Shown one piece after another: positions 25,924 through 37,209 of a DNA stretch of 42,504 nt. Source of the stretch: an uncultured Acidimicrobiia bacterium (GTDB taxonomy: Bacteria; Actinomycetota; Acidimicrobiia; Spongiisociales; JAOTWH01); NCBI GenBank assembly GCA_964538725.1, contig CAZIEQ010000001.1:1-42504 (forward strand). Direction: 5' to 3'. The position numbers were made by a program, and so were the translations under genes. Under the pieces are notes generated by a model. It saw only the letters and a program-made list of their open reading frames with translations, did no database searches and was not told the DNA's origin. Each line of letters opens with the position of its first letter. Position 1 is the first letter of the stretch.

Positions 25924-25949
25924 GGCAGGGGCCCTTGGGGGCCCCTGCC
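25924..25949 (+). terminator. GC-rich hairpin 26 nt after the LPXTG gene stop
   Basis: GGCAGGGGCCC-TTGG-GGGCCCCTGCC forms an 11-bp stem. No U tract follows, which I recall being common in high-GC genomes. Confidence 0.55.
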
Positions 25950-26199
25950 GCGTTGAGGCGACACGGAGGCTGTCAGCCACAGATAGTGGTGAACATGGGA
26001 GCCGGGAGACGGCGTGCATTCCGCCGACAACGATGGGCCCCGGCTTCCCAGAAGGATCCTGCGAGTTGGGGACTAGTCATGTCTGCATCCCGGGGAATGT
26101 GTCTCGACAGCTACTGAGAGTGGTCATACGGTGGGGTACCCAAGCGGGACATGTCCCTCGGGGACACGAACCGCTCGGTTCGGGCAAGCAGGGGGTAGG

Positions 26200-26229
26200 A
26201 CGCCCGGGGGCTACGGCCCCCGGGCGTTT
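26200..26229 (+). terminator. Intrinsic-terminator-like hairpin inside the valS upstream region
   Basis: ACGCCCGGGGGC-TACG-GCCCCCGGGCGT forms a 12-bp stem and runs into TTTG on the + strand. It lies 79 nt upstream of the valS start. Confidence 0.5.
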
Positions 26230-26307
26230 GACTATCTCCTTGCCATCGAGAACCGGTTGACGCTTCATGGAAGACCGGGCCGCTAGCATGCCGGTTCTCC
26301 ATGAACC

Positions 26308-28908
26308 GTGAGAACGATGCGACCAACGTACGACCCCAAGCAGGTCGAGGCGCGCTGGTACCAGGTGTGGGAGTCGGCGGGCTACTTCTCGCCTGAGATC
26401 AACCCCGACGGGGATCCGTTCTGCATCGTCATTCCTCCCCCCAACGTCACCGGATCGTTGCACATGGGCCACGCCCTGGACCTGTCCATTCAGGACGTCA
26501 TCGTTCGGCGGAAGCGCATGCAGGGCTACGCCGCCCTGTGGGTTCCCGGCACCGACCATGCCGGCATCGCCACCCAATCGGTGGTTGAGAGGGAGCTGGC
26601 CGCTGAAGGATTGACCCGCCAGGACCTTGGCAGGGACCGCTTCGTCGAGGAGGTGTGGGCGTGGAGAGAGAAGTCGGGCGGGCGCATCACCCGTCAGATC
26701 AGAACCCTCGGTTTCTCGCTGGATTGGACCCGGGAGAGATTCACCCTCGATGAGGGTTTGTCGCGTGCGGTACGCGAAGTCTTCGTGACGCTATATGAGG
26801 CGGGCCTCATCTACCGGGCCAGCCGGATCATCAATTGGTGCCCGGCGTGCAACACCGCCATCTCCGACATCGAAGTCGATTATGAGGACGTCCCCGGAGA
26901 ACTGGTCTACATCCGCTATCCGTTCAGCGACGGGTCCGGTGGCGAAGGCATTGTGGTGGCAACCACCCGGGCCGAAACCATGCTGGGAGACGCCGCCGTC
27001 GCCGTCCATCCCGACGACCGGCGCTACCGCGCCGTAGTGGGGAGGACCGTGCGGCTGCCGCTCATGGGCAGGGTGCTGCCGGTAGTCGCCGACGACGCGG
27101 TCGACCCCGACTTCGGGACCGGCGCGGTGAAGGTCACCCCTGCACATGATCCGCTCGACTTCGAGATAGCCGGCCGTCACGATCTGGCTCCGGTGCAGAT
27201 CCTCGACGAGAATGCCCGCATCACCTCCGCCGGAGGGCGCTTTGCCGGGCTCGATCGCTTCGCAGCCCGAGAAGCGGTCAAGGATGCACTGCGCGCCGAA
27301 GGCGCCATCGTGAAAGTCGAGGACCGGGTTCACTCGGTCGGTCACTGTTCCCGCAGCGAAGGCGTTCAGGTCGAGCCGCTGCTTTCACTGCAGTGGTTCG
27401 TCAAGGTGCGGCCCCTGGTGGTCCCTGCTGTGGAGGCGGTGCGCAACGGAGACACCAGGTTCATTCCGCGACGGTGGGAGAAGAACTACTTCCACTGGAT
27501 GGAGAACATCCGCGACTGGTGCATCAGCCGTCAGCTGTGGTGGGGGCATCGCATACCCGCCTGGTACTGCGATGAATGTACCGAATTGATGGTGTCCCGT
27601 GACGAGCCGCAGGAATGCGCTGCATGCGGCCACGGTTCGCTGACCGCCGATCCAGATGTTCTCGACACCTGGTTCTCCTCGGCGTTGTGGCCGTTCTCCA
27701 CGCTGGGATGGCCTGACGACACCGAAGACCTGCGTGCGTTCTATCCCAACGATGTGCTCGTCACCGGCTTCGACATCATCTACTTCTGGGTGGCCCGAAT
27801 GATGAAGATGGGTCTTCGCTTCATGGGAGACGAACCATTCGGTGACGTCGTGATACACGGTTTGGTGAGGGCAGCAGACGGCAGGAAGATGTCGAAATCC
27901 CATGGGAACGCACTCGATCCGGTTGAAGTCGTTGCCGAGCACGGTGCCGATGCGCTCCGGCTGGCTCTCATCCAGGCAGCCGCCCCCGGCCACGACGTGC
28001 CCATCCGCGAGGAGTGGGTAGTAGCCGCCCGCAGATTCGGCAACAAGCTGTGGAACGCGGCCCGCTTCGCGTTACCGCACGCCGCGCCGGTGCCCCCCGA
28101 AGGGGGTTATCCCGATGATCCCGCCCCTGAGGCGAGGTGGATCCTGCACCGGCTGGGTGAGGTGGCCGCCAGCTTCGACGAGCTGATGGATGACTACCGG
28201 TTTTCCGACGCCTACGGCCTGCTGTACAACTTCGCCTGGGCAGAGGTCTTCGACTGGTACATCGAGCTTGCCAAGGCGCCGCTGCGACACGGCGGGGGAG
28301 GCACTGTCAGCCAGGCGCTGGGGGTCGTGCTGCGGGATGTCCTCAAGCTCTTCCACCCCGTGATTCCGTTCCTCACCGAAGAGCTGTGGTCGGAGTTGGT
28401 GGGTGGCGGCTCGATCATGATCAGCGCATGGCCCCGGCCCCCGGCCTACGCCGCCGCAGGCGACATGGCATCGTTCCAAGAGCTGATCGGTGGGTTGCGC
28501 AGCTTTCGTGCCGACCACGGGCTCAGCCCCCGCCGCGAGATGGAGGTAGTGGTGGCATCTGACGGTGACGGGATTCCGTCGTGGTGGCATCAACAGGCCG
28601 CGTCGCTCGCCGCGGTCCGTCTGGTCGCCGGGGATGCTCCGCGCGGCGCCCACACGAGAATCGGCGCTGGTTTCGTCGAGGCCTACGTGTCCCTCGAGGG
28701 GATCGTCGATCTCGACACGGAACGTGTCCGGCTGGACAGGGCGATAGCAGACACCTCGAGGTTGTTGGAGAGGTCGCAGACGAAGTTGGGGAACGCCCAG
28801 TTCCGTGCCAGGGCCCCCCAAGCCGTCGTCGACAGCGAGGAGGCTCGTGCGGCGGATCTGGAGTCGAGAGTGGAGAGGTTGCGAGCACAGCGAGCCGAGC
28901 TGGGATGA
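26308..28908 (+). CDS. valS: Valine--tRNA ligase
   Basis: 866 aa with [19 protein letters not shown]-type [16 protein letters not shown] and a C-terminal coiled coil. The start is GTG 26308 or ATG 26317. Confidence 0.95.
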   Translation: MRTMRPTYDPKQVEARWYQVWESAGYFSPEINPDGDPFCIVIPPPNVTGSLHMGHALDLSIQDVIVRRKRMQGYAALWVPGTDHAGIATQSVVERELAAEGLTRQDLGRDRFVEEVWAWREKSGGRITRQIRTLGFSLDWTRERFTLDEGLSRAVREVFVTLYEAGLIYRASRIINWCPACNTAISDIEVDYEDVPGELVYIRYPFSDGSGGEGIVVATTRAETMLGDAAVAVHPDDRRYRAVVGRTVRLPLMGRVLPVVADDAVDPDFGTGAVKVTPAHDPLDFEIAGRHDLAPVQILDENARITSAGGRFAGLDRFAAREAVKDALRAEGAIVKVEDRVHSVGHCSRSEGVQVEPLLSLQWFVKVRPLVVPAVEAVRNGDTRFIPRRWEKNYFHWMENIRDWCISRQLWWGHRIPAWYCDECTELMVSRDEPQECAACGHGSLTADPDVLDTWFSSALWPFSTLGWPDDTEDLRAFYPNDVLVTGFDIIYFWVARMMKMGLRFMGDEPFGDVVIHGLVRAADGRKMSKSHGNALDPVEVVAEHGADALRLALIQAAAPGHDVPIREEWVVAARRFGNKLWNAARFALPHAAPVPPEGGYPDDPAPEARWILHRLGEVAASFDELMDDYRFSDAYGLLYNFAWAEVFDWYIELAKAPLRHGGGGTVSQALGVVLRDVLKLFHPVIPFLTEELWSELVGGGSIMISAWPRPPAYAAAGDMASFQELIGGLRSFRADHGLSPRREMEVVVASDGDGIPSWWHQQAASLAAVRLVAGDAPRGAHTRIGAGFVEAYVSLEGIVDLDTERVRLDRAIADTSRLLERSQTKLGNAQFRARAPQAVVDSEEARAADLESRVERLRAQRAELG

Positions 28909-30191
28909 CATACGAGGAGGCAGTGGCCTTCCTCGACGCCCGTATCGGTCACGGCAGGCGTCCCGGGCTGGATCGCATCCGAGGTGTTCTCGACATGATG
29001 GCCGACCCGCATCTTCTGTATCCGGTCGTCCAGATAGCGGGTACGAACGGCAAGACGTCTACAACGCTGATGACCGCCGCCGTTCTCAGCGCCCTCGGCA
29101 TCCGCTGCGGGTCGTACACGTCGCCGCATCTGCATGCCCCTGAGGAGCGTTTCGCCATGGACGGCTCCACCATGACCAGCACCGAGTTTGCAACCGCGGT
29201 GGCCGACGTCGCACCGCTCGTGGAGCTGTACGAGGAACGGACCGGTACCGGGATCACCTACTTCGAGCTGGCAACTGCCGTTGCCTACGCCTGGTTCGCC
29301 GAGCGGGCCGCCGGCGCTGCAGCAGTCGAGGTGGGATTGGGAGGACGCTGGGACGCCACCTCGGTTGTACAACCCGAGGTGGCTGTGATCACCTCGATCG
29401 CCCTGGATCATCAGGAGTATCTGGGGGGGACGCTGGCGGAGATAGCGGCGGAGAAGGCAGCCATCGTCCCTTCCGGAGGCGTGCTGGTCAGCGGACCGCT
29501 GCCCCTGGAGGCCATCAAACCGGTGGCGGAGCGTGTCGAGCACACGTCTGCCGAATGGCACCGGATGGGGGACAGTTTTGATATGACCGCCGACCGGCCT
29601 GCCGTCGGCGGCCACATGTTCGACATCGATGGGTTGCATGGGAGCTACCGGGACGTCTACCTGCGTATGCACGGCGCCCATCAAGCGATCAACTTCACCA
29701 TTTCGGTTGCCGCTGCCGAAGCTGTGGTCGGCCGTGAGCTGGCCCCGGCCTCGGTGGCCGCGGCCGCGGCGGCAGTGCATGTGCCCGGCCGGCTGGAGAT
29801 CGTGGGCAGGGAGCCGCTGCTCGTTCTCGACGGCGCGCACAATCCGGGGGGCAGCACCGTGCTGGCACGAGCTCTCGACGAGGAACTCCCCGCCTTTCGT
29901 TGGAGTGCCGTCGTCGGGCTCACCGGGCCCCGTGATCCGGCGGTCTTCCTTGGTCCGCTGGCTCCGCTGCTGCACCGGGTTGTTGCTGTGGAGCCCCTTT
30001 CGTCCCATGCGGTGCCCGCGGCCGCAGTGGCCGCAGCCGCTGCCGGCTTCGGTCTGGAATCAGCCGTAGGTGCCGGCGGCGCCGCAGAGGTGCACAGGCT
30101 TGCAGCCGAGCTCGGTGACGGTGAGGGGATCCTGGTCACCGGGTCCCTTTACCTGGTCGGGGAGGTGCGCCATGCCATCGTCGGCGGCTGA
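28905..30191 (+). CDS. folC: Bifunctional folylpolyglutamate synthase / dihydrofolate synthase
   Basis: ATG 28905 overlaps the valS stop (ATGA). It has [11 protein letters not shown] and P-loop GTNGKTST in a Mur-ligase-like layout. The 5' part of ORF 28581..30191 lies inside valS and is discarded. Confidence 0.9.
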   Translation: MTYEEAVAFLDARIGHGRRPGLDRIRGVLDMMADPHLLYPVVQIAGTNGKTSTTLMTAAVLSALGIRCGSYTSPHLHAPEERFAMDGSTMTSTEFATAVADVAPLVELYEERTGTGITYFELATAVAYAWFAERAAGAAAVEVGLGGRWDATSVVQPEVAVITSIALDHQEYLGGTLAEIAAEKAAIVPSGGVLVSGPLPLEAIKPVAERVEHTSAEWHRMGDSFDMTADRPAVGGHMFDIDGLHGSYRDVYLRMHGAHQAINFTISVAAAEAVVGRELAPASVAAAAAAVHVPGRLEIVGREPLLVLDGAHNPGGSTVLARALDEELPAFRWSAVVGLTGPRDPAVFLGPLAPLLHRVVAVEPLSSHAVPAAAVAAAAAGFGLESAVGAGGAAEVHRLAAELGDGEGILVTGSLYLVGEVRHAIVGG

Positions 30192-30654
30192 GCGCAGCTC
30201 ACTAGCATCCCGCCCCGATCGGGAGCGGAACATTCCTTCACAGCAAGACACGGCCTCACAGGCAACATTCGTGATGGTGAAACCCGACGGTGTGGCCCGG
30301 GGCCTCGTCGGTGAGGTCATCAGCCGTTTTGAGCGCAAAGGTCTCGTTCTGCGGCGGGTGCGCGGCCTCGTTCCCGACGGCGACCTGGCACGGCGTCACT
30401 ATGCCGAGCACGAGGCGAAACCGTTCTTCAGCGACCTGGTCGACTTCATCACCAGCGGGCTGGTGGTGGCCATGGAATGGCAGGGGAGGGAGGCGGTGGC
30501 GGTTGCCCGCACCCTGATCGGGGTCACAGATCCCGCCGCGGCCGCCCCGGGTACCTTGCGGGGTGACTTCGGGCTGGAGGTGACTCGCAACCTGGTGCAC
30601 GGCTCCGACTCACCCGACAGTGCGCTCCGCGAGCTGAAGCTGTGGTTTTCGTAG
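30172..30654 (+). CDS. ndk: Nucleoside diphosphate kinase (start uncertain; possible N-terminal extension)
   Basis: The core is TFVMVKPDGVARGLVGEVISRFERKG...NLVHGSDS, with the active-site His. ATG 30172 is preceded by GGGGAGGTG and overlaps the folC end by 20 nt. It adds about 33 residues before the conserved core, so a later GTG or ATG near 30271 is possible. Confidence 0.85.
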   Translation: MPSSAAERSSLASRPDRERNIPSQQDTASQATFVMVKPDGVARGLVGEVISRFERKGLVLRRVRGLVPDGDLARRHYAEHEAKPFFSDLVDFITSGLVVAMEWQGREAVAVARTLIGVTDPAAAAPGTLRGDFGLEVTRNLVHGSDSPDSALRELKLWFS

Positions 30655-30774
30655 CGGTCAGGCTGTGCCTGCCGCCGGCTCCGAGGCAGCTTCTCCCGAC
30701 AGCCGGCCGGTGGCGGCGGTAGCCGATGCCTCGCGAATAGCTACACTCTGCGGCCTCCCGCCAAGGGACACGCC

Positions 30775-31806
<1,032 letters not shown>

Positions 31807-31824
31807 CCTCTGCGACAACCGGCA

Positions 31825-32760
31825 ATGCTGGGACAGCAACGACGCACCAGCCGGACGACGTTGCTGTTCGTCTTCCTTCTCGTGTGCTCGTTCCTCATCA
31901 CCACCATCGACGTGCGGGCCGCAGGTGAAGGTTTCGGCGCGTCCCTGCGTGACGCTGCCCAGGCCGTTTTCAGCCCCGTGCAGCGGCTCACTGACGCCGT
32001 CACCCGCCCTGTGGTGGGCTTTGTCGATGGGATCGCCAACCTGGCATCGCTGCGTTCGGAGAACAAGGAGCTGCGGTCCCGCATCGCGGGGTTGGAGAAC
32101 GAGGTAGCGGCAACCGCCGCCGTGCAGGCGCGCCTCGCCGAGCTCGAGAAGATCCACGCCCTGGAGGTGCCGGAGGGAATCGACACGGTTACCGCAGAGG
32201 TGGTGGCCACCGGGCCGTCCATCTTCGACCACACCATCCTGATCGACAAGGGTTCCGACCATGGGATCGCCATCGGCATGGCGGTCGTCGACGAGTTGGG
32301 GCTGGTCGGTCGGGTGATCGCAGTCACCGCAGGTGCTTCCCGGGTGAGGCTCATCACCGATCCCCTGCTGTGTGCCGGTATCCGTGTGCAGGACACCCAG
32401 GAGACGGGGTGGGTGTGCGGCGAAGGCGACGGCCCGCTGTCGTTGGAGATGCACCGGGCGTCGGAGACGGTGCGGGAGGGCTATCGAGTGGTGACTGGCG
32501 GAGGCCGTTTCCCGCCGGGGCTCGCCATCGGCATGATCGTCGACGCCGCCCGTTCCGAGGCCGGCTTCACACTGCGCACCAGGGTGGCTCCGCTGGTCGA
32601 TTTCGGCCGTCTCGACTTCGTGAAGGTGCTGATCACCACTGCGGGGGATGACCCGATCCTGGAGGAACCCGACGCAGGCTTGCCCATCCAAGAGGACACG
32701 TCCGAGACGCCGCAGCCTGTGCCTTCGACGACCGTGGCCGGCGTCGACCGTGATCAATGA
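31825..32760 (+). CDS. mreC: Rod shape-determining protein MreC
   Basis: 311 aa with an N-terminal TM helix, a coiled coil (LRSENKELRSRIAGLENE) and beta-rich domains. Assigned by its position between mreB and mreD. Confidence 0.85.
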   Translation: MLGQQRRTSRTTLLFVFLLVCSFLITTIDVRAAGEGFGASLRDAAQAVFSPVQRLTDAVTRPVVGFVDGIANLASLRSENKELRSRIAGLENEVAATAAVQARLAELEKIHALEVPEGIDTVTAEVVATGPSIFDHTILIDKGSDHGIAIGMAVVDELGLVGRVIAVTAGASRVRLITDPLLCAGIRVQDTQETGWVCGEGDGPLSLEMHRASETVREGYRVVTGGGRFPPGLAIGMIVDAARSEAGFTLRTRVAPLVDFGRLDFVKVLITTAGDDPILEEPDAGLPIQEDTSETPQPVPSTTVAGVDRDQ

Positions 32761-33263
32761 AACCACGGCACGTGGTCGTTGCCCTTGTCCTCGTCGTGGC
32801 CGCGGTGGCGGTGCAGACCACTTTGTTCGCCAAGGTCACCTTCTTCGACGTCGCCCCGCAGGGTGTGATCGTGGTCCTCATCGCCGTTGCCCGCTGGATG
32901 GACCCCGAGCCGGCGGTGCTGCTCGGCTTCACCGCCGGCTTCGTTCTCGATCTGCTCGGTGGAGCTCCGCTGGGCTTGTGGGCTTTCGTGATGACGACTG
33001 TCGCCTACTTCACAGTGCGCCTCGCCGACAGAGCCTCCGACTCGCTGCTCGTGCTCGCCGCCGGGGTCTTCGGTGTGACGCTGGGGGCCCACCTGTTGTT
33101 CGCGCTCCTCGGTACCCTCTTCGGGCAGCAGACTCTTTCGGACACTTCGATCTACTCCAAATCGGTGCTTGCTTCCACATATAGCGTTGCTCTGGCCGCG
33201 CCCGTGCTGCCCCTCGTCACCCGAGCCCTTGGTCAGGGACCCCGTAGGGGGTGGGACCTGTGA
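32757..33263 (+). CDS. mreD: Rod shape-determining protein MreD
   Basis: 168 aa polytopic membrane protein with an ATGA overlap with mreC. Assigned mainly by position and topology. Confidence 0.75.
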   Translation: MKPRHVVVALVLVVAAVAVQTTLFAKVTFFDVAPQGVIVVLIAVARWMDPEPAVLLGFTAGFVLDLLGGAPLGLWAFVMTTVAYFTVRLADRASDSLLVLAAGVFGVTLGAHLLFALLGTLFGQQTLSDTSIYSKSVLASTYSVALAAPVLPLVTRALGQGPRRGWDL

Positions 33264-35155
33264 AACCGGGTTGGCGGCTCGCCGGTCTCGGTCTGGCCTT
33301 CATGCTGCTCTTCGGCGGGCTCACGCTGCGCCTGTGGTCGCTGCAGATCGCCGAGGGGCAGGTGTTCGAGGAAACCGCAGCCAGCCAGCAGATCAGGGTT
33401 GTGTCGACTCCTGCTCCGCGGGGGGAGATCGTCGACTCGAAGCTACGGGTGCTGGCCGGCACCAGAGTGGCGCTGGGAGTCATCGTCGACCGCCAGCTGC
33501 TGCCTGAGGAGAGGCTCGACGAGGTAGTGGGGCGGCTGGCCGCCCTGCTCGAGCTGTCCACCGCCGAGGTTCGCGAACTCATCGACTCGGCACCTCCTGG
33601 AGGACGGGCCGTGGTCGCTCCGGAAGCGACTACCGCCGACGCACTGTTCATCGTCGAACACGCAGAGGATTTTCCCGGCATTTTCGTTGAGGATCAGCCT
33701 GTGCGTGTCTATCCGGCCGGCGACGACGCCGCCCATGTCGTGGGCTACATCGGGCGTCCCGACGAGAGCGACCTGGCCATCGCCGGCATCGATCCCACGG
33801 ATGTGGTCGGCAAGTTCGGTGTCGAAGGAACCTACGACCAGTGGCTGCGGGGCACTGCCGGATTCATCAAGTACCGGGTGGGGGCGGCGGGGGACGTTCT
33901 CGCCCTTCTCGGGGTGCAGCCACCCGCACCGGGCGGCACCACCGTGCTCACCTTGGATCTCGACGTGCAGCAGGTGCTCGAGGATTCCCTCCGCCAGGGC
34001 ATGGTGCTCGCCAAGTCAGAAGGTGAGCAGGCCACCAGGGCGGCCGGAGTGGTTCTCGACGTCACCGACGGTTCCGTCGTTGCCATGGCATCGGTACCTT
34101 CGTTCGAGCCGCAGGCTTTCGTCGGCGGTCTCACCCAGAACGAATGGGATGCGTTGTCCGATCTGGGCGCATTCAACAACTTCGTCATCCAGGGCATCTA
34201 CCCGCCAGGGTCCACTTTCAAAGTCGTTGCATACGCCATGGCGATGGAGGAAGGCATCTATCCCCAGGAGCTGGCACGCCACGACGACGCCTACTTCTGC
34301 ACCGGCCGCATCGAATTCCAGTTCAACGACGGCAGCCAGCAGGTCTACCACGACTGGTTGGTGGGAGGTCATGGGGATGTCGATCTCCACGGCGCTTTGC
34401 AGGCCTCCTGTGACGACTACTTCTGGGAGGTTGCGTTGCGGGTGTGGCGCGGCGAGTTCGACGAGGATCTCATTCAGCAGTGGGCCCGCCAGCTCGGTTT
34501 CGACGCTGTTACCGGAGTCGACCTGCCGTTCGAACAGCGGGGGCTGATCCCCGATAGGGACTGGTTCGAGCGCACGCAGCACGAAACACCGGGCCGGGTG
34601 CGGGAGGGTCCCTGGGTGGGGGGCGATGTCATGAACGTCGTCATCGGCCAGGGGGAGGTGGTGGTGACACCACTGCAACTCGCCAACGCATACGCCGCGC
34701 TGGCCAACGGAGGAACGTTGTGGCAGCCCCACGTCGTCGACCGTGTCATCGACCAGAACGGCAACGTCCTCTTCGTGAACGAACCGCAGGTGATCCGCGA
34801 GCTGACATTGGACCCGGCCACGGTGGCGCTTTTCCGTCAAGATCTGAAGCTGGTGATCAACGGCCGTTCGGGGACGGCACGCTCGGCGTTCAAAGACTTT
34901 GGAGAGTCCCGCGACCAGGTCGGTGGCAAGACGGGCACCGCGGAGATCCTCAAGGGTGCCACCAGGGCCGAGGACATCGACACTGCCTTGTTCGTGGGGG
35001 TGGTTCCGGTTGACAATCCGAAGTACGTCGTCGCCGTTGTCATCGAACGGGGGGGCTCAGGAGGCCGGATCGCGGCCCCAACTGCGCGCCGGGTGCTGCA
35101 ATACCTCATGGGTGAGGACCTCTCCGACGTCGCCCCGGGGGCGGATACCGACTGA
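33251..35155 (+). CDS. mrdA: Penicillin-binding protein 2 (elongasome class B transpeptidase)
   Basis: 634 aa with an N-terminal TM anchor, SxxK as GSTFK and KTG as GKTGTA. The start is GTG 33251, or GTG 33260 (GTGA overlap with mreD). Confidence 0.88.
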   Translation: MGPVKPGWRLAGLGLAFMLLFGGLTLRLWSLQIAEGQVFEETAASQQIRVVSTPAPRGEIVDSKLRVLAGTRVALGVIVDRQLLPEERLDEVVGRLAALLELSTAEVRELIDSAPPGGRAVVAPEATTADALFIVEHAEDFPGIFVEDQPVRVYPAGDDAAHVVGYIGRPDESDLAIAGIDPTDVVGKFGVEGTYDQWLRGTAGFIKYRVGAAGDVLALLGVQPPAPGGTTVLTLDLDVQQVLEDSLRQGMVLAKSEGEQATRAAGVVLDVTDGSVVAMASVPSFEPQAFVGGLTQNEWDALSDLGAFNNFVIQGIYPPGSTFKVVAYAMAMEEGIYPQELARHDDAYFCTGRIEFQFNDGSQQVYHDWLVGGHGDVDLHGALQASCDDYFWEVALRVWRGEFDEDLIQQWARQLGFDAVTGVDLPFEQRGLIPDRDWFERTQHETPGRVREGPWVGGDVMNVVIGQGEVVVTPLQLANAYAALANGGTLWQPHVVDRVIDQNGNVLFVNEPQVIRELTLDPATVALFRQDLKLVINGRSGTARSAFKDFGESRDQVGGKTGTAEILKGATRAEDIDTALFVGVVPVDNPKYVVAVVIERGGSGGRIAAPTARRVLQYLMGEDLSDVAPGADTD

Positions 35156-36324
35156 TGGCTACCCTGACCGCTCCGGTCCTCTTCACCTCGGATCGGGAGC
35201 GAACGCCGCGCCCCGACCTGCTGTTGATCATTCCACTGCTGGCGCTGGCGGCACTGTCGGTGCTGATGGTATGGACTGCGTCGCGACCGCGCCTGGAAAC
35301 GCTGGGCATAGACGGTTCACGTGACCTGCAGCGCCAGATGCTGTTCGCCGCCGTCGGTCTCACCGGGTTTGCCGCCGCGTCCCTCGTCGAACAGCGCTTC
35401 CTGAGACACTGGGCGGGCGCGGTCTACGGCTTCTCTCTGCTGGCACTTGTCGTCGTGTTTACGCCCTTGGGCGACCTTTCCCGCGGCGCGCAGCGGTGGG
35501 TCTCCTTGGGTGCCTTCCAAGTGCAGCCTTCCGAATTCGCCAAAGTCGGCCTCATCGTCTCCTTGGCCGCGTTCCTGGCGGCCGCCGGGGAGGGGCGTAT
35601 GCAGTGGAAACGGGTGGCGGGGGCGGTCGCATTGACCGCAGTCCCCGCAATACTCGTCTTCCAGCAGCCGGACCTGGGCACGATGCTCGTGTTCGGGTTC
35701 GTGGTGCTCGTGATGTTGTTCATCGCAGGTGCCACCGTGCGCCAGTTGGTGACTCTGCTGGCCGGTGCCGTCGCCGGGCTGGTCGGCATACTGCAGCTGG
35801 GTCTGTTACGCACCTACCAGCTGGAGAGGCTGACGGCGTTTCTCGACCCCACCTCGGACCTGCAGACGGCGAACTACAACCAGTTTCAGAGTCAGGTGGC
35901 CATCGGGTCGGGTCAGATGTTCGGCAAGGGAATCCTGGAGGGCACCCAGACGAACCTTTCCTATGTGCCTGCCCAGACCACCGACTTCATCTTCACTGCA
36001 GTCGGTGAGCAGCTGGGTTTCGTCGGCGGCGTAATCGTGATCGGACTGTATGCGCTCATCGTGTGGAGGCTGATGATGGCTGCCGCCGCGAGCGGCGATC
36101 GTTTTGGGCGGCTGCTGTCGGCGGGTGTTGCCTCGCTGGTGGCTTTCCACGTCTTCGTCAACATCGGGATGACTTTGGGGATGATGCCGGTGACCGGGTT
36201 GCCGCTGCCTTTCATGAGCGAGGGCGGTTCATCTTTCCTTGCCACCGCCACTGCCATGGGGTTAGCGCATTCGGTGTGGATGCGGCGCAGCCGTGTGCCT
36301 GGCGAGCGGCGGCTGATGAGGTGA
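35155..36324 (+). CDS. rodA: SEDS-family peptidoglycan glycosyltransferase RodA
   Basis: 389 aa polytopic FtsW/RodA/SpoVE family protein (QPSEFAK, FIFTAVGEQLGF, GMMPVTGLPLPFMSEGGSS). TGATG overlap with pbp2. Confidence 0.9.
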   Translation: MATLTAPVLFTSDRERTPRPDLLLIIPLLALAALSVLMVWTASRPRLETLGIDGSRDLQRQMLFAAVGLTGFAAASLVEQRFLRHWAGAVYGFSLLALVVVFTPLGDLSRGAQRWVSLGAFQVQPSEFAKVGLIVSLAAFLAAAGEGRMQWKRVAGAVALTAVPAILVFQQPDLGTMLVFGFVVLVMLFIAGATVRQLVTLLAGAVAGLVGILQLGLLRTYQLERLTAFLDPTSDLQTANYNQFQSQVAIGSGQMFGKGILEGTQTNLSYVPAQTTDFIFTAVGEQLGFVGGVIVIGLYALIVWRLMMAAAASGDRFGRLLSAGVASLVAFHVFVNIGMTLGMMPVTGLPLPFMSEGGSSFLATATAMGLAHSVWMRRSRVPGERRLMR

Positions 36325-36355
36325 GGGGTCTGCGGCCGGGCTAGCCTCGGACCAG

Positions 36356-36949
36356 ATGTACAGACGCCCCGAGCAAGGATGGATCGAAGTCATCTGCGGC
36401 CCCATGTTTTCGGGGAAGAGCGAGGAACTGATACGCCGGATCACTCGCTATCAGATCGCTCGGGTTCCCACCCAAACGTTCAAACCGGCGTTGGACAACC
36501 GCTACTCCGAGGGTTCGGTTGTATCGCACAGCAGGTTGGCGATCGAAGCGGAACCGGTTGCGGACTCCACCCAGCTGCTGCATGCGGTCGAGGCGCGTAC
36601 CGCAGTGGTCGGTGTCGATGAGGCCCAGTTCTTCGACATGAACCTGGTCGATGTGGCTCACCGGCTGGCAGCCACCGGCATGCAGGTGATCGTTGCAGGC
36701 CTCGACACCGACTACCTGCGGAGGCCTTTCGGACCGGTTCCTCACCTGATGCTGGGAGCCGAGTATGTGACCAAGTCGCTGGCCGTGTGTCATTCCTGTG
36801 GAGGGCCGGGAATGTACACCCAGAGGGTGATCGATTCCCAGGAACTGGTGGTGCTCGGCGCCTCCGGATCCTATGAGGCGCGGTGCCGGCGCTGCTATCA
36901 GCAGACGGAACCGATTCAGGAAACCCTGGCAGCTGCCGAATCTCATTGA
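36356..36949 (+). CDS. tdk: Thymidine kinase (type II)
   Basis: 197 aa with P-loop GPMFSGKSEEL, VGVDEAQFF and a C-terminal zinc ribbon (CHSCG...CRRC). Confidence 0.9.
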   Translation: MYRRPEQGWIEVICGPMFSGKSEELIRRITRYQIARVPTQTFKPALDNRYSEGSVVSHSRLAIEAEPVADSTQLLHAVEARTAVVGVDEAQFFDMNLVDVAHRLAATGMQVIVAGLDTDYLRRPFGPVPHLMLGAEYVTKSLAVCHSCGGPGMYTQRVIDSQELVVLGASGSYEARCRRCYQQTEPIQETLAAAESH

Positions 36950-37209
36950 ATGGGGCGCGGCGCGTCCGCTGCTACCCTAAGTGGCAGGACCGGGCACCCG
37001 CCCGGCTCTCCGATTTCCTGAGATCGATGGGGACCACCTCGACCCGCAACTGCACACCCAGCCGCGGCGTACCGGACCCGGTGCGACCTGCGGCCCTGCG
37101 GACATGCAGGTCCGGCCGGCAGAACCATGCGATCTCCCCTGCCGGCATGGAACCGGCATCGTGAACACCGCGACCGCCGCCAGGAGCGGCAATAGAGGAG
37201 TAACCATTC

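Noticed and set aside
26130-26147. GGTGGGGTACCCAAGCGG matches 16 of 18 positions of the 5' end (acceptor plus D arm) of E. coli tRNA-Tyr as I remember it, which suggested a tRNA gene or pseudogene.
   Set aside because: I could not complete a cloverleaf. The D loop would be about 17 nt, no 7-nt anticodon loop forms, and no complementary 3' acceptor strand (CCCCACC or G-U variants) occurs downstream before valS. It may be chance or a very degraded remnant. It is mentioned under the valS-leader finding only.
26110-26229. A T-box riboswitch controlling valS (GAGAG ... GGUG ... GGUGGGGUACC strings plus a terminator).
   Set aside because: The T-box-like string differs from the canonical GGGUGGUACCGCG order and sits about 55 nt before the terminator's 5' arm instead of adjoining it. 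I could not identify a Stem I with a GUN specifier loop. It is kept only as a hypothesis to test with a covariance model.
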